Numbered from the stretch's first letter, positions 1 to 7,972 are shown. The stretch is DNA of 18,354 bases from Leptolyngbyaceae cyanobacterium (GCA_050331235.1 JBHJHA010000111.1:1-18354), one strand, 5' to 3'. The notes: generated by a model from the letters alone, not told the origin. Numbers and translations are program-made.

Positions 1-197
1 TTGTTTTGAAGATCTCAGGTTCAAAGTGCTTGGAGATAGGGAACCATCGCGAGCCTAGAGTTTGACAAAAGGGTAAAACGTTCGCTGTTTGGCTATGCAA
101 AACAGTGTCCTCACTCACCAGACCAAATTCACATCTCGCCAAGTCAACTTAAACTAGCCGGCCCTCTACCTGATCCCCAGATCATCAACCTGTTGCC

Positions 198-1238
198 TTA
201 CCCCGCTACGGTATAAGCCAAACCAGCCATTACAGAACCGAGAAACGCAAACGCGAGATAAGCGACAAAAATGGGGCGACGAGCGAGGGCAAAAACGGCA
301 ATCATCGCCGGAATACTGGTCGCGCCACCGGCAAGCAAAAAGGCCATGCCGGCACCGGGGGACATCCCCTGTTGGACCAGTCCTTCAACTAGGGGGAGGG
401 CCGCATAGCCGTTGAGGTAAGCGGGGATACCTACCAGAGCAGCGAGGCCGATGGACAGTAAACCGCCATCCCCCGCGATCGCCTGAATCCAGGCATTGGG
501 CACGTATACCATCATCAAACTCTCTAATACAAAGGCTAGAGTCAGCCACTTGCCCAGAAACCAGGCATTTTTGCTAGCTCCTTGCCAAAACTTTTGCTGA
601 CGCTCTGACTCACGCCAAAATCGCCAGACTACAGGCTTAGGACTGCGGACGCGGCTACCTCCACACCCTCCGTTGCCCACACCTTCGCGCAGGGGAGCCT
701 GAAAAGCTCGGGCAAACCATCCGGAGCCCATGAGAGCCCAAGTGCCAACCCCCCCCAGCAAACCAATCCCAAAAGCTGCCAGAGCTTTGAAGATGGCAAA
801 CTGCAATCCCAAGGTCCCGATAGTCAGAACAAACATGGAGGGATCCATCAATGGGGACGAGAGCCAAAAGGCCATGACCGCCGCCACGGGCACGCCCATT
901 GAAAGCAACGCTGCAATCAACGGAATCACGCCACAGGAACAAAAGGGGGAGAATGCCCCAAACAGCGCCGCCACAGGAATCATAACCGCCAGCTTACCCT
1001 GAAAGGCTTTGGCAATCAGGTTGTCAGCACCGCTAGCGGAGGCATAAGCCGCGATACCGATGGACAGCAAGAGAAACGGGGCAACTTCCCAAATATTTTT
1101 GAGGGTAAAGCGGAGGCTAGCCGAAGCTTGCGCCGGAACTAAACCCATGAGCAACAGAAAAATTAGAGCGATCGCGAGGGCCACCCCGTCGAACTGCCGC
1201 ACACTCCGGTTGAATCGTGTCAATACACTAGAGGCCAT
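198..1238 (-). CDS. ArsP/DUF318-family permease (putative organoarsenical/metalloid efflux)
   Basis: 346-aa polytopic hydrophobic ORF with the family motifs SPFCSCGVIP, AFWLSSPLMDP, GIPAYLNGYAALP and GAGMAFLLAG. It lies directly downstream of an ArsR gene, with AAAGGA upstream of the ATG. Confidence 0.82.
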   Translation of the reverse strand: MASSVLTRFNRSVRQFDGVALAIALIFLLLMGLVPAQASASLRFTLKNIWEVAPFLLLSIGIAAYASASGADNLIAKAFQGKLAVMIPVAALFGAFSPFCSCGVIPLIAALLSMGVPVAAVMAFWLSSPLMDPSMFVLTIGTLGLQFAIFKALAAFGIGLLGGVGTWALMGSGWFARAFQAPLREGVGNGGCGGSRVRSPKPVVWRFWRESERQQKFWQGASKNAWFLGKWLTLAFVLESLMMVYVPNAWIQAIAGDGGLLSIGLAALVGIPAYLNGYAALPLVEGLVQQGMSPGAGMAFLLAGGATSIPAMIAVFALARRPIFVAYLAFAFLGSVMAGLAYTVAG

Positions 1239-1253
1239 AGCAAATACGTCCTT

Positions 1254-1275
1254 TATTTAGACAATTATCGAAATA
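1254..1275. promoter_or_regulatory. Putative ArsR2 operator, copy upstream of the permease
   Basis: TATTTAGA-CAATTA-TCGAAATA is an 8-6-8 inverted repeat with one mismatch. It is 20/22 identical to 1681..1702. Confidence 0.75.
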
Positions 1276-1297
1276 AATATCAAAATTTTTTCGCCTT

Positions 1298-1681
1298 CTA
1301 TTCACAGCAATCGGTTTCCGTGTGAGCTGCACTGACAGTTGAGATTTCTAAGTCTGTCATTGCTACCACTTGATTGCGCGTACAACACTCCTCAAATAAG
1401 AAGTCGATCAGAGACCTCAGCGATTCCGACCGAACGCTATACCAAATCCATTGACGGTCTTTTTGAGCCGAGACAATGCCCACCTGGCGCAATTTTTCGA
1501 GATGGTGGGAAAGGGTTGGAGCTGACACCTTCAGTTCTTTCTGGATTTCTCCAGCGGGCAGTCCTCGGGGATGAGCCGACAGCAACAGGCGCACAATGGT
1601 CAACCGCGAGGGCTGCCCTAGGGCGGCAAATGCAGCGGCGATCGCCTCCGTAGAGCGTCTTTCAAATTCAGCCGTTTCCAT
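1298..1681 (-). CDS. arsR: ArsR/SmtB-family repressor (ArsR2), C-terminal vicinal-Cys type
   Basis: wHTH motifs AFAALGQPSRLTIVRLL, PTLSHHLEKLRQVGIV and QWIWY. It lacks the alpha3 CVC motif but has EECC and a terminal DCCE. Start reassigned to the ATG at 1681 (127 aa), because the longer ORF overlaps the upstream gene and contains the promoter. Confidence 0.88.
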   Translation of the reverse strand: METAEFERRSTEAIAAAFAALGQPSRLTIVRLLLSAHPRGLPAGEIQKELKVSAPTLSHHLEKLRQVGIVSAQKDRQWIWYSVRSESLRSLIDFLFEECCTRNQVVAMTDLEISTVSAAHTETDCCE

Positions 1682-1716
1682 ATTTAGACAATATTCGAAA
1701 TACATGTATTCGTCAA
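1681..1716 (-). promoter_or_regulatory. Sigma70-type promoter with overlapping operator for arsR2
   Basis: The minus strand reads TTGACG (1716-1711), 17 bp, TATTGT (1693-1688), 6 bp, ATG (1681). The operator TATTTAGACAATATTCGAAATA at 1681..1702 covers the -10 and the first base of the start codon. Confidence 0.72.
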
Positions 1717-1797
1717 CTGTGCTGAGCAGAGGATGGGGCGATCGCACCGCCAGTGAGTCTGGCGACTGCCCTTCGGCTCCCCCTGGCAAAGCAGGGC

Positions 1798-3177
1798 TTA
1801 ATGAAGCTGCTTTGACCAGGCTTGAGCCGCCATTTGGGTCGGATCCCAAGGACTACTCAGCGGCGGTGTGTAGCTCAAGTCCAGATCGCTGAGCTGTTCG
1901 ATGGTCATGCGATGGAAAATTGCCGTGGCAAAGATATCAATCCGCTTCGCCACTTCTCCTTGATAATGGCCAATGATTTGGGCTCCCAGGAGCTGCTGTG
2001 TGCGAGCATCGCCTGTCACTCGAATGCGGATAGAATGAGCACCGGGATAGTAAACCTTGTGATCCCAAGTTTCAAATTCAACGGTAATGGGAGCGTGTCC
2101 GGCCTCTATTGCCTCTGCTTCTCGCAGTCCAGTGCGACCAATCGCCAGGTCAAAGACTTTAACCACCTGAGTGCCAAGGGTACCAACAAAGGTGCGCATC
2201 CCTCCAATAGCATTCTCACCGGCGATGCGACCCTGTTTATGGGCCGTTGTGCCTAACGGCAAATAGACCGGCTTTTGCAAAAGCTGATGCCAGGTTTCAA
2301 CACAGTCGCCAGCGGCGTAAATGTGGGGTACTGAAGTTGCCATCTGCTGGTTGACTTGAATGGCGTTAGCAGTTCCCAGTTGGGCTCCTGCCGTTTGCGC
2401 CAACGCCGTTGCCGGCATTGCACCGACGGCGACAAGGACCAAATCTGCGATCGCGGCAAAATCCGACGTTCCCGTGACCTGGAGCTGCTCCTCAGAAAGC
2501 TCGATACGCTCCACAGCAATTCCCGTGTGGACAGTCACCCCATGGCGCTGTAACTCGTCAGCAACGCGATCGCCAAAGCTAGGGTGGACGGTTTTGAGTA
2601 CCGTCGACGAATGCTCAACCAGCGTCACCTGAAGACCTCTGAGGGTCAGGGCATCGGCCATCTCCAAACCAATGTAACCACCACCGACCACGATGGCAGA
2701 CTGCGGTTGTTTGGCCGTGAGGTGTTGATGCACCCGAAAGCTGTCCTCCATCCACCGCAGAAAATACACGCCTGGCAACTCTAAGCCTGCAATGTCAGGA
2801 CGCCGCGAGACAGCTCCAGTGCCAAGAATCAGTTGGTCGTAGGAGACAGTGACTTCACTCCCGTTGGCATCTAGGGCCGTCACCGTTTGCTGGGTCGCAT
2901 CAATGCGGGTTGCCCAGTGATTGGTCAGGAGATGAATGCCAGCACTGAGAAGGTCGTCTTGGGTACGATGGGCCAAGTCCCGCCAATCGCCAACTTCGCC
3001 ACTGAGGTAAAACGGCAGTCCACAGATGCTGAAATTGGGATACTCATCCCCCAGCATTACTGTTGTCTTCACGCTGGGCGCCAGTTCTCGAATTCTCAAA
3101 GCGGCACTCATGCCGGCATCACTGCCACCGATGATCAGCACATGGGCAACATCTTGGGTGATTTTAGAAGTTGTCAC
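1798..3177 (-). CDS. FAD-dependent pyridine nucleotide-disulfide oxidoreductase, CoA-disulfide reductase/NADH oxidase subfamily
   Basis: N-terminal FAD fold IIGGSDAG, single redox Cys in NFSICGLPF, LGTGA, NAD(P)H-binding VVGGGYIGLEMA, TSVPHIYAAGD, and C-terminal dimerisation motif DLSYTPPLS. GTG start. Confidence 0.88.
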   Translation of the reverse strand: MTTSKITQDVAHVLIIGGSDAGMSAALRIRELAPSVKTTVMLGDEYPNFSICGLPFYLSGEVGDWRDLAHRTQDDLLSAGIHLLTNHWATRIDATQQTVTALDANGSEVTVSYDQLILGTGAVSRRPDIAGLELPGVYFLRWMEDSFRVHQHLTAKQPQSAIVVGGGYIGLEMADALTLRGLQVTLVEHSSTVLKTVHPSFGDRVADELQRHGVTVHTGIAVERIELSEEQLQVTGTSDFAAIADLVLVAVGAMPATALAQTAGAQLGTANAIQVNQQMATSVPHIYAAGDCVETWHQLLQKPVYLPLGTTAHKQGRIAGENAIGGMRTFVGTLGTQVVKVFDLAIGRTGLREAEAIEAGHAPITVEFETWDHKVYYPGAHSIRIRVTGDARTQQLLGAQIIGHYQGEVAKRIDIFATAIFHRMTIEQLSDLDLSYTPPLSSPWDPTQMAAQAWSKQLH

Positions 3178-3717
3178 AGGAACCTACCAAAATTCTAGGA
3201 TTGACGATGTCGAGCCTTCTGAAATTGAGGCACGTAGTTTCGCTTAAGCGCGGTGGCAAGGGCCTCTGCTCATACCTGTTGGCCCCTATCGGGCCTCTGT
3301 CCCCACGGCACTAAACAAGCTGCCGCAAGTATGGCGATGGGACCGCGATCGCCCTAACAGTGAATGAGTAGCATTTCGCCTGCCCTGGTGGCGGCCACCA
3401 CTCGCGCCATCAGTTCTGCCCACTTCCATAGAATCAGGCAGTCTTTCACCGGGAACCGGGAGGCCCTCTGTAGACATACCGCGAATTCTGGCTGCCGTCA
3501 GCAACACGGTAATTTTCAACCGCGTTAGTTCGGCAGTCTCTAGCAAACAAACCAGACGCTCTCCACCACAATCTTCGCGTAGGCGGCCAAATCAGTCGAC
3601 CAGTCACATCGTCAGATGACCTCAGTTTCGTTGACTGGCAAGCAGGACAACGGCGATCGCGGCAGATTCTGAAATGGGGACCGGGTTCAGAGGCGATCGC
3701 CTCGGCTCCGCCACTGG

Positions 3718-4128
3718 TTAAGCCACTGGCGACTCTACCGTCAACTTAGCAATCAAAGCCTCGACACGTTCTTTGACTTCATCGCGGACCCGAGGAAAAA
3801 TCTCCGGTTGTTCAGCGGGATCGTCCAGCTGCCAGTCATCGAAGTACTCGCAGGTCAACCATTCAGGAGGCAAATTGACGCCACAGCCACAGAGAGAAAT
3901 GACGGCGTCAAAGTTTTCCGGCTGAAACTCACTCAGGGCATTGGACGTTTGATCGCTAATATCGATGCCAATATCTTTCATAGTGGCGATCGCCTCTGGC
4001 CGCACCGCACTCGCCTCTAGCCCCGAACTTTTCACCTCAATTTTGCCCGCGCCCAAGGTTTTAGCAAACCCCTCCGCCATTTGGGAGCGAGAGGAATTTT
4101 TCTTACAGACAAACATGACTCGCTTCAT
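3718..4128 (-). CDS. arsC: Arsenate reductase, LMW-PTP fold, cyanobacterial glutathione/glutaredoxin (hybrid) type
   Basis: MKRVMFVCKKNSSRSQMAEG P-loop, SLCGCGVNLP and DWQLDDP. An AAGGAG RBS precedes the ATG at 4128, which is preferred over 4149. Confidence 0.93.
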   Translation of the reverse strand: MKRVMFVCKKNSSRSQMAEGFAKTLGAGKIEVKSSGLEASAVRPEAIATMKDIGIDISDQTSNALSEFQPENFDAVISLCGCGVNLPPEWLTCEYFDDWQLDDPAEQPEIFPRVRDEVKERVEALIAKLTVESPVA

Positions 4129-4145
4129 CAGAGTTATCTCCTTTA

Positions 4146-4787
4146 TCAATGATCAGTTGGTACACGCACCAGCGGCACGGCTTCGACGGCCATCAGTCCC
4201 CAGATCAAACCAAATCGCAGCCGTTGCGATCGCTCAATGCGATATTCCGCTAAAGCCAATAGGTCATGCAGTTCGGCTTCGGTGTAGCAATTTTTGTGGG
4301 CTGGGTCGAGCCAGCCCAGCACCCAGTCACAGAGGCGGCAGACCCAAAAGTCGCGGCACCAATCTAAGATCACCACACGACCACTGGGCTTGAGCATCCG
4401 CTGCATCTCAGCTAAGGCTAACTGGGGAGCATCAAAATAGTGAAACGCATTGGCACAGATGACCCAGTCAAACTCCCCAGACTGCCAAGGGAGCGCGGTC
4501 GCCGAGGCCACTTGAAAGCTCACTGTGGGTAGGTCAGCACATTTTTGCTGGGCGATCGCCAGCATTTCACTAGAAAAATCAACGCCGCTAATGGCTAAGT
4601 CAGGATGCCGGGTCACCAGACGGCGCTCAAGCTCTCCCGTCCCGCAAGCAACATCTAAGACGTGATCGCCAGTGTTCACTGGCACCCAGTCCAGCAAAAA
4701 AGACAGCGTGTTGTGGATGTAAAAGCGCCAGCGCTGATCATAAATGGCTGCCCAGCGATCATATTGCTGTTGGACTAGGCCTTCCAT
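4146..4787 (-). CDS. Class I SAM-dependent methyltransferase (UbiE/Methyltransf_11-like), inside the ars operon
   Basis: Motif I VLDVACGTG, GVDFS, FDWVIC and LKPSGRVVILDW. It begins 3 bp after the acr3 stop and ends 17 bp before arsC. Confidence 0.87.
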   Translation of the reverse strand: MEGLVQQQYDRWAAIYDQRWRFYIHNTLSFLLDWVPVNTGDHVLDVACGTGELERRLVTRHPDLAISGVDFSSEMLAIAQQKCADLPTVSFQVASATALPWQSGEFDWVICANAFHYFDAPQLALAEMQRMLKPSGRVVILDWCRDFWVCRLCDWVLGWLDPAHKNCYTEAELHDLLALAEYRIERSQRLRFGLIWGLMAVEAVPLVRVPTDH

Positions 4788-4790
4788 GCG

Positions 4791-5942
4791 TCAACCCAAC
4801 GGTTTTGCACAGCGGGGATCGGTCAGCGTTGCTTTCTCAGGTTCACGGGGAAACCAAAAAGCTGTTTTCTTACAAACTTCTACCAGCATGAGCATGACCG
4901 GCACCTCAATTAATACACCGACTACGGTGGCGAGGGCCGCCCCTGAGTTAAGCCCGAACAATGTCACCGCCGTGGCGATCGCCACCTCAAAGTGATTGCT
5001 TGCCCCAATCAAGGCTGCCGGAGCCGCATCTTCGTAAAACATCCCTAACTTTTGGGCCGCCACATAGGTGATGAGAAAGATGAAGTTCGTCTGGAGGAGA
5101 AGCGGTACTGCAATCAGCAAAATATGCAGCGGATTGCGCACAATCAGGTCACCCTTGAAAGCAAAAAGCAACACCAGGGTAGTTAGTAGCGCAATCACCG
5201 AAACTGGACTGAGATATTTGAGAAAAACATGATCAAACCAGTCACGGCCTTTGTTTCGCAAAATCCACGTGCGCGATATGGCCCCTGCCAGCAACGGCAG
5301 ACCCACATAAATTAGCACCGATAAAACGATCGTTTCCCACGGCACCGATAAATTGTTAGCGGCCAACAACCACCGACCGAGGGGCGCGTATAAAAACAAC
5401 ATAGCCAGCGAATTGATCGCCACCATGACTAGCGTATGGCCCTGATTGCTAAAGGACAGATACCCCCACATCAAGACCATTGCAGTACAGGGCGCAATGC
5501 CCAGCAAAATACAGCCGGCGATGTAAGAATCTGCCAGGGTAACCTCAACACCGCGAATCATTTCCGTGCCGCTCAGCCAGGACCGAAACAACCCACCCAA
5601 AAAGAACTGCGCAAACACCACCATCGTAAAAGGCTTAATTAGCCAGTTCACAACGAGGGTCAATACCACCGGCCTCGGGGTCTGGGCGGCCTTCTTGGCC
5701 TGAGAGAAATCGATTTTCACCATGATGGGGTACATCATGAAAAAGAGACAGATGGCGATAGGAATCGACACCTGATAGAGGCTCATGGCATCGAGAGTTA
5801 CGGCAACTTGGGGAAAGACACGCCCCAAGATAATGCCAGCCACAATACAAAGGGCAACCCATACGGTCAGATAGCGCTCAAAAAAGCTCAGCTGCCCCCC
5901 CGCTTGTACGGCTTTTGAATTACTTTCTATGCCAGATGACAT
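4791..5942 (-). CDS. acr3: ACR3-family arsenite efflux transporter
   Basis: [27 protein letters not shown], catalytic [18 protein letters not shown] and [18 protein letters not shown]. Confidence 0.96.
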   Translation of the reverse strand: MSSGIESNSKAVQAGGQLSFFERYLTVWVALCIVAGIILGRVFPQVAVTLDAMSLYQVSIPIAICLFFMMYPIMVKIDFSQAKKAAQTPRPVVLTLVVNWLIKPFTMVVFAQFFLGGLFRSWLSGTEMIRGVEVTLADSYIAGCILLGIAPCTAMVLMWGYLSFSNQGHTLVMVAINSLAMLFLYAPLGRWLLAANNLSVPWETIVLSVLIYVGLPLLAGAISRTWILRNKGRDWFDHVFLKYLSPVSVIALLTTLVLLFAFKGDLIVRNPLHILLIAVPLLLQTNFIFLITYVAAQKLGMFYEDAAPAALIGASNHFEVAIATAVTLFGLNSGAALATVVGVLIEVPVMLMLVEVCKKTAFWFPREPEKATLTDPRCAKPLG

Positions 5943-5983
5943 TAGTTATCCTCAAGGTTCTTCAAAGGTTGGTGAGTACGGCA

Positions 5984-6988
5984 TCAAAACCGCTTCGTCT
6001 TTCGCAAGAGTTCGGCAATGGTGAGATCAGGTTGCGGCGTTCCGTCAAAGGCAGTACCCACCTCGCCCTCCTGGAAGTTGACCCAGGCAATGTGATAACC
6101 CTCTTCTGGAAGCGGTACATAGCCGACATCATCTACTAGAGCAGGGGCACTCTCGAGATAAAACTGAACAAACTCTCTCACCGCAGGATTTTGCTGTGCC
6201 GACTCTAGGTTGACATAGATAAAGAGCGGACGCGCCAGGGGATGGTATTGCGCCTGCTCAACATTCTCAGTGGTGGGTGCCACAGGGCCATCGCCACCAT
6301 CGATCGCTAAGGCCTTGAGGCTATCTTGATTCTCGTCGTAGTAGGCTAGGCCAAAATAACCCAGTGCATTTGGGTTCTCGGCCACACCGGCCGCTAGGAT
6401 ATCGTCATCTTCACTCGCCACAAAATCGCTGCGAGTATCACTACCAACCACGACTTCGGCAAAGTAGTCATAGGTCCCCGAGTCTAGACCGGGGCCATAC
6501 AGTTCGATGGGCTCAGCAGGCCAACTGGAGCGCACCTGGTTCCATTGGGTAACGTTTCCCTGGGCAGCAGGCTCCCAAAGGGTCTTCAACTCTTCAATCG
6601 TGACGTCTTCAGCCCAGGTATTCTCAGCGTTCACAACGACGGTCAGCGCATCAAAGGCGATCGGCAATTCGTAATACCGAATGTCTGCCTCATCACAGGC
6701 AGCAATCTCATCTTCCACAATGGGTCGGGAGGCATTACTGATGTCCGTTTCCCCAGCGCAAAACTTTTCGAAGCCTCCTCCTGTACCGGAAAAGTCAACA
6801 TTAATGTCGACCGGGTTTTCAGCAGCAGCGTTATACGCCTCCGAGATTGCTTGTGTAATTGGAAAAACTGTACTCGAACCATCAATGCGAATGGGTGCTC
6901 GCTGCTGAGCTGCCTCCGGATCAGAACAGCCTGTCGCCATACATGCCAGCCCCATCACCACCGCCGGCAAAAAGGTAATTTTCTTCAT
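5984..6988 (-). CDS. pstS: PstS-family phosphate-binding lipoprotein
   Basis: Lipoprotein signal (MKK...LACMATGC), IDGSSTVFP, SGTGGGFEKFC, ASRPI, DSGTYDYF and YHPLARPLFIY. AGGAG RBS. The protein is visibly acidic. Confidence 0.9.
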   Translation of the reverse strand: MKKITFLPAVVMGLACMATGCSDPEAAQQRAPIRIDGSSTVFPITQAISEAYNAAAENPVDINVDFSGTGGGFEKFCAGETDISNASRPIVEDEIAACDEADIRYYELPIAFDALTVVVNAENTWAEDVTIEELKTLWEPAAQGNVTQWNQVRSSWPAEPIELYGPGLDSGTYDYFAEVVVGSDTRSDFVASEDDDILAAGVAENPNALGYFGLAYYDENQDSLKALAIDGGDGPVAPTTENVEQAQYHPLARPLFIYVNLESAQQNPAVREFVQFYLESAPALVDDVGYVPLPEEGYHIAWVNFQEGEVGTAFDGTPQPDLTIAELLRKTKRF

Positions 6989-7046
6989 GGCTTTGCTCCT
7001 GGTTGCCCAAAAGGATCAAATTGATCACATGGCGAATATGCAAAAC

Positions 7047-7073
7047 ATTTCAACTGAAGTTGAAATAATAGCA
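7047..7073 (-). promoter_or_regulatory. Extended -10 promoter plus perfect palindromic operator upstream of pstS-acr3-arsC
   Basis: ATTTCAAC-TGAA-GTTGAAAT (7047..7066) is a perfect 8-4-8 inverted repeat with a TCAA-N6-TTGA core. It overlaps minus-strand TGcTATTAT (7073-7065). Confidence 0.6.
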
Positions 7074-7341
7074 GGTCAAAGAAGCCATTCGGCCCCGTCC
7101 ATCAAGGAGGGTTGGACATGGCTCCCAGGTCTCTCGACATATCAGCCATTACAAGATCATCATACCTCCATCATTTCAATCTTGATTAATTTGTCAAGAG
7201 GATTGTAATTTGCGACACCTTATAATTCGCAACGGCTGGCACAGACCAGTCTTTTACTTACAGAAGGTTAAATACCCTAAAGGTTAATTACTTTGGGGGC
7301 TGTAAAACACGTCCAAGCAAGCCACAGGATGGGAGATTTTC

Positions 7342-7358
7342 CATCAAGCTGGCTTGAT
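7342..7358. promoter_or_regulatory. ArsR-type operator ATCAA-N6-TTGAT
   Basis: The minus strand reads ATCAAGCCAGCTTGATG, matching the cyanobacterial ArsR site pattern ATCAAG-N5-TTGATG. It lies just downstream of arsR1 and upstream of pstS. Confidence 0.65.
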
Positions 7359-7378
7359 ACTCAAAATAAGGCTGAGGA

Positions 7379-7711
7379 TTATTGACTATCTGGCGGGCAC
7401 GCACGAGCCGGTAACCGAGGGCTGTAGCATCGGAAATCAGACAAATACTCTTCCAGTTCTACTAACCGAGATAGATTGAGACGATAATAAATCCAGCGGC
7501 CTTGCTGATGCGATCGCACCAAGCCGGCATTTTTCAACGCTTTGAGATGAAAAGAGAGCTTAGACTGGGCGACATTGAGGCGATCGCACAGGTCACACAC
7601 ACACATTTCTTGCTCTCTCAGCAACTCAATGACTTCAACGCGCAGCGGCTCAGACAGCGCCTTGAAGATAGCGATCATTTCAACAGAGGTACCAGACAGC
7701 AAGGGTGACAT
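7379..7711 (-). CDS. arsR: ArsR/SmtB-family As(III)-responsive repressor (ArsR1)
   Basis: FKALSEPLR, alpha3 metal-binding EMCVCDL, QSKLSFHLKALKNAGLV and GRWIYYRLN. An alternative start at the second Met is possible. Confidence 0.93.
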   Translation of the reverse strand: MSPLLSGTSVEMIAIFKALSEPLRVEVIELLREQEMCVCDLCDRLNVAQSKLSFHLKALKNAGLVRSHQQGRWIYYRLNLSRLVELEEYLSDFRCYSPRLPARACPPDSQ

Positions 7712-7839
7712 TCAGCCTGAGATTTATCAACAGAATATGTGCAGTTTAACAACGGGATTTGAGTCCCGTCTGCCCACCTCATCTGAAATGGCCTAGTCGC
7801 TGAGGGGCTAGGAGGCTTCCCGTACCTTCAACTAACAAA

Positions 7840-7871
7840 CCCCCAGGTTGGCTTAACAACCAACCTGGGGG
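7840..7871 (-). terminator. Rho-independent terminator downstream of the chelatase gene
   Basis: 12-bp perfect stem CCCCCAGGTTGG/CCAACCTGGGGG with an 8-nt loop, followed on the minus strand by TTTGTT. Confidence 0.75.
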
Positions 7872-7972
7872 CAACAAACGACGGTCAGACCTTATCATCA
7901 AGCGGTTCCTTCAAGACCTAGCTGACCGCCAACAAAACCACCCTAGGCAGCCACCACAATTTGAGGGATGGC

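Noticed and set aside
1682..1849. 56-aa N-terminal extension of arsR2 in the ORF track
   Set aside because: It overlaps the upstream gene's 3' end, contains the promoter and operator, and is not ArsR-like.
3286..3546. 86-aa minus-strand ORF in the arsC-oxidoreductase gap
   Set aside because: TTG start, no clear RBS and no recognisable motif; not supported as a gene.
4146..4787. Labelling the methyltransferase arsM
   Set aside because: It is shorter than typical ArsM and lacks its conserved Cys motifs; kept only as a hypothesis.
7095..7170. Mini-ORFs after a GGAGGT on the minus strand (MMIL; MADMSRDLGAMSNPP)
   Set aside because: Very short with no supporting features; cannot be distinguished from chance.
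7265..7288. Possible Pho box (two TTAACCT on the minus strand) upstream of pstS
   Set aside because: The repeats are 16 bp apart rather than at the 11-bp periodicity of SphR/Pho boxes.
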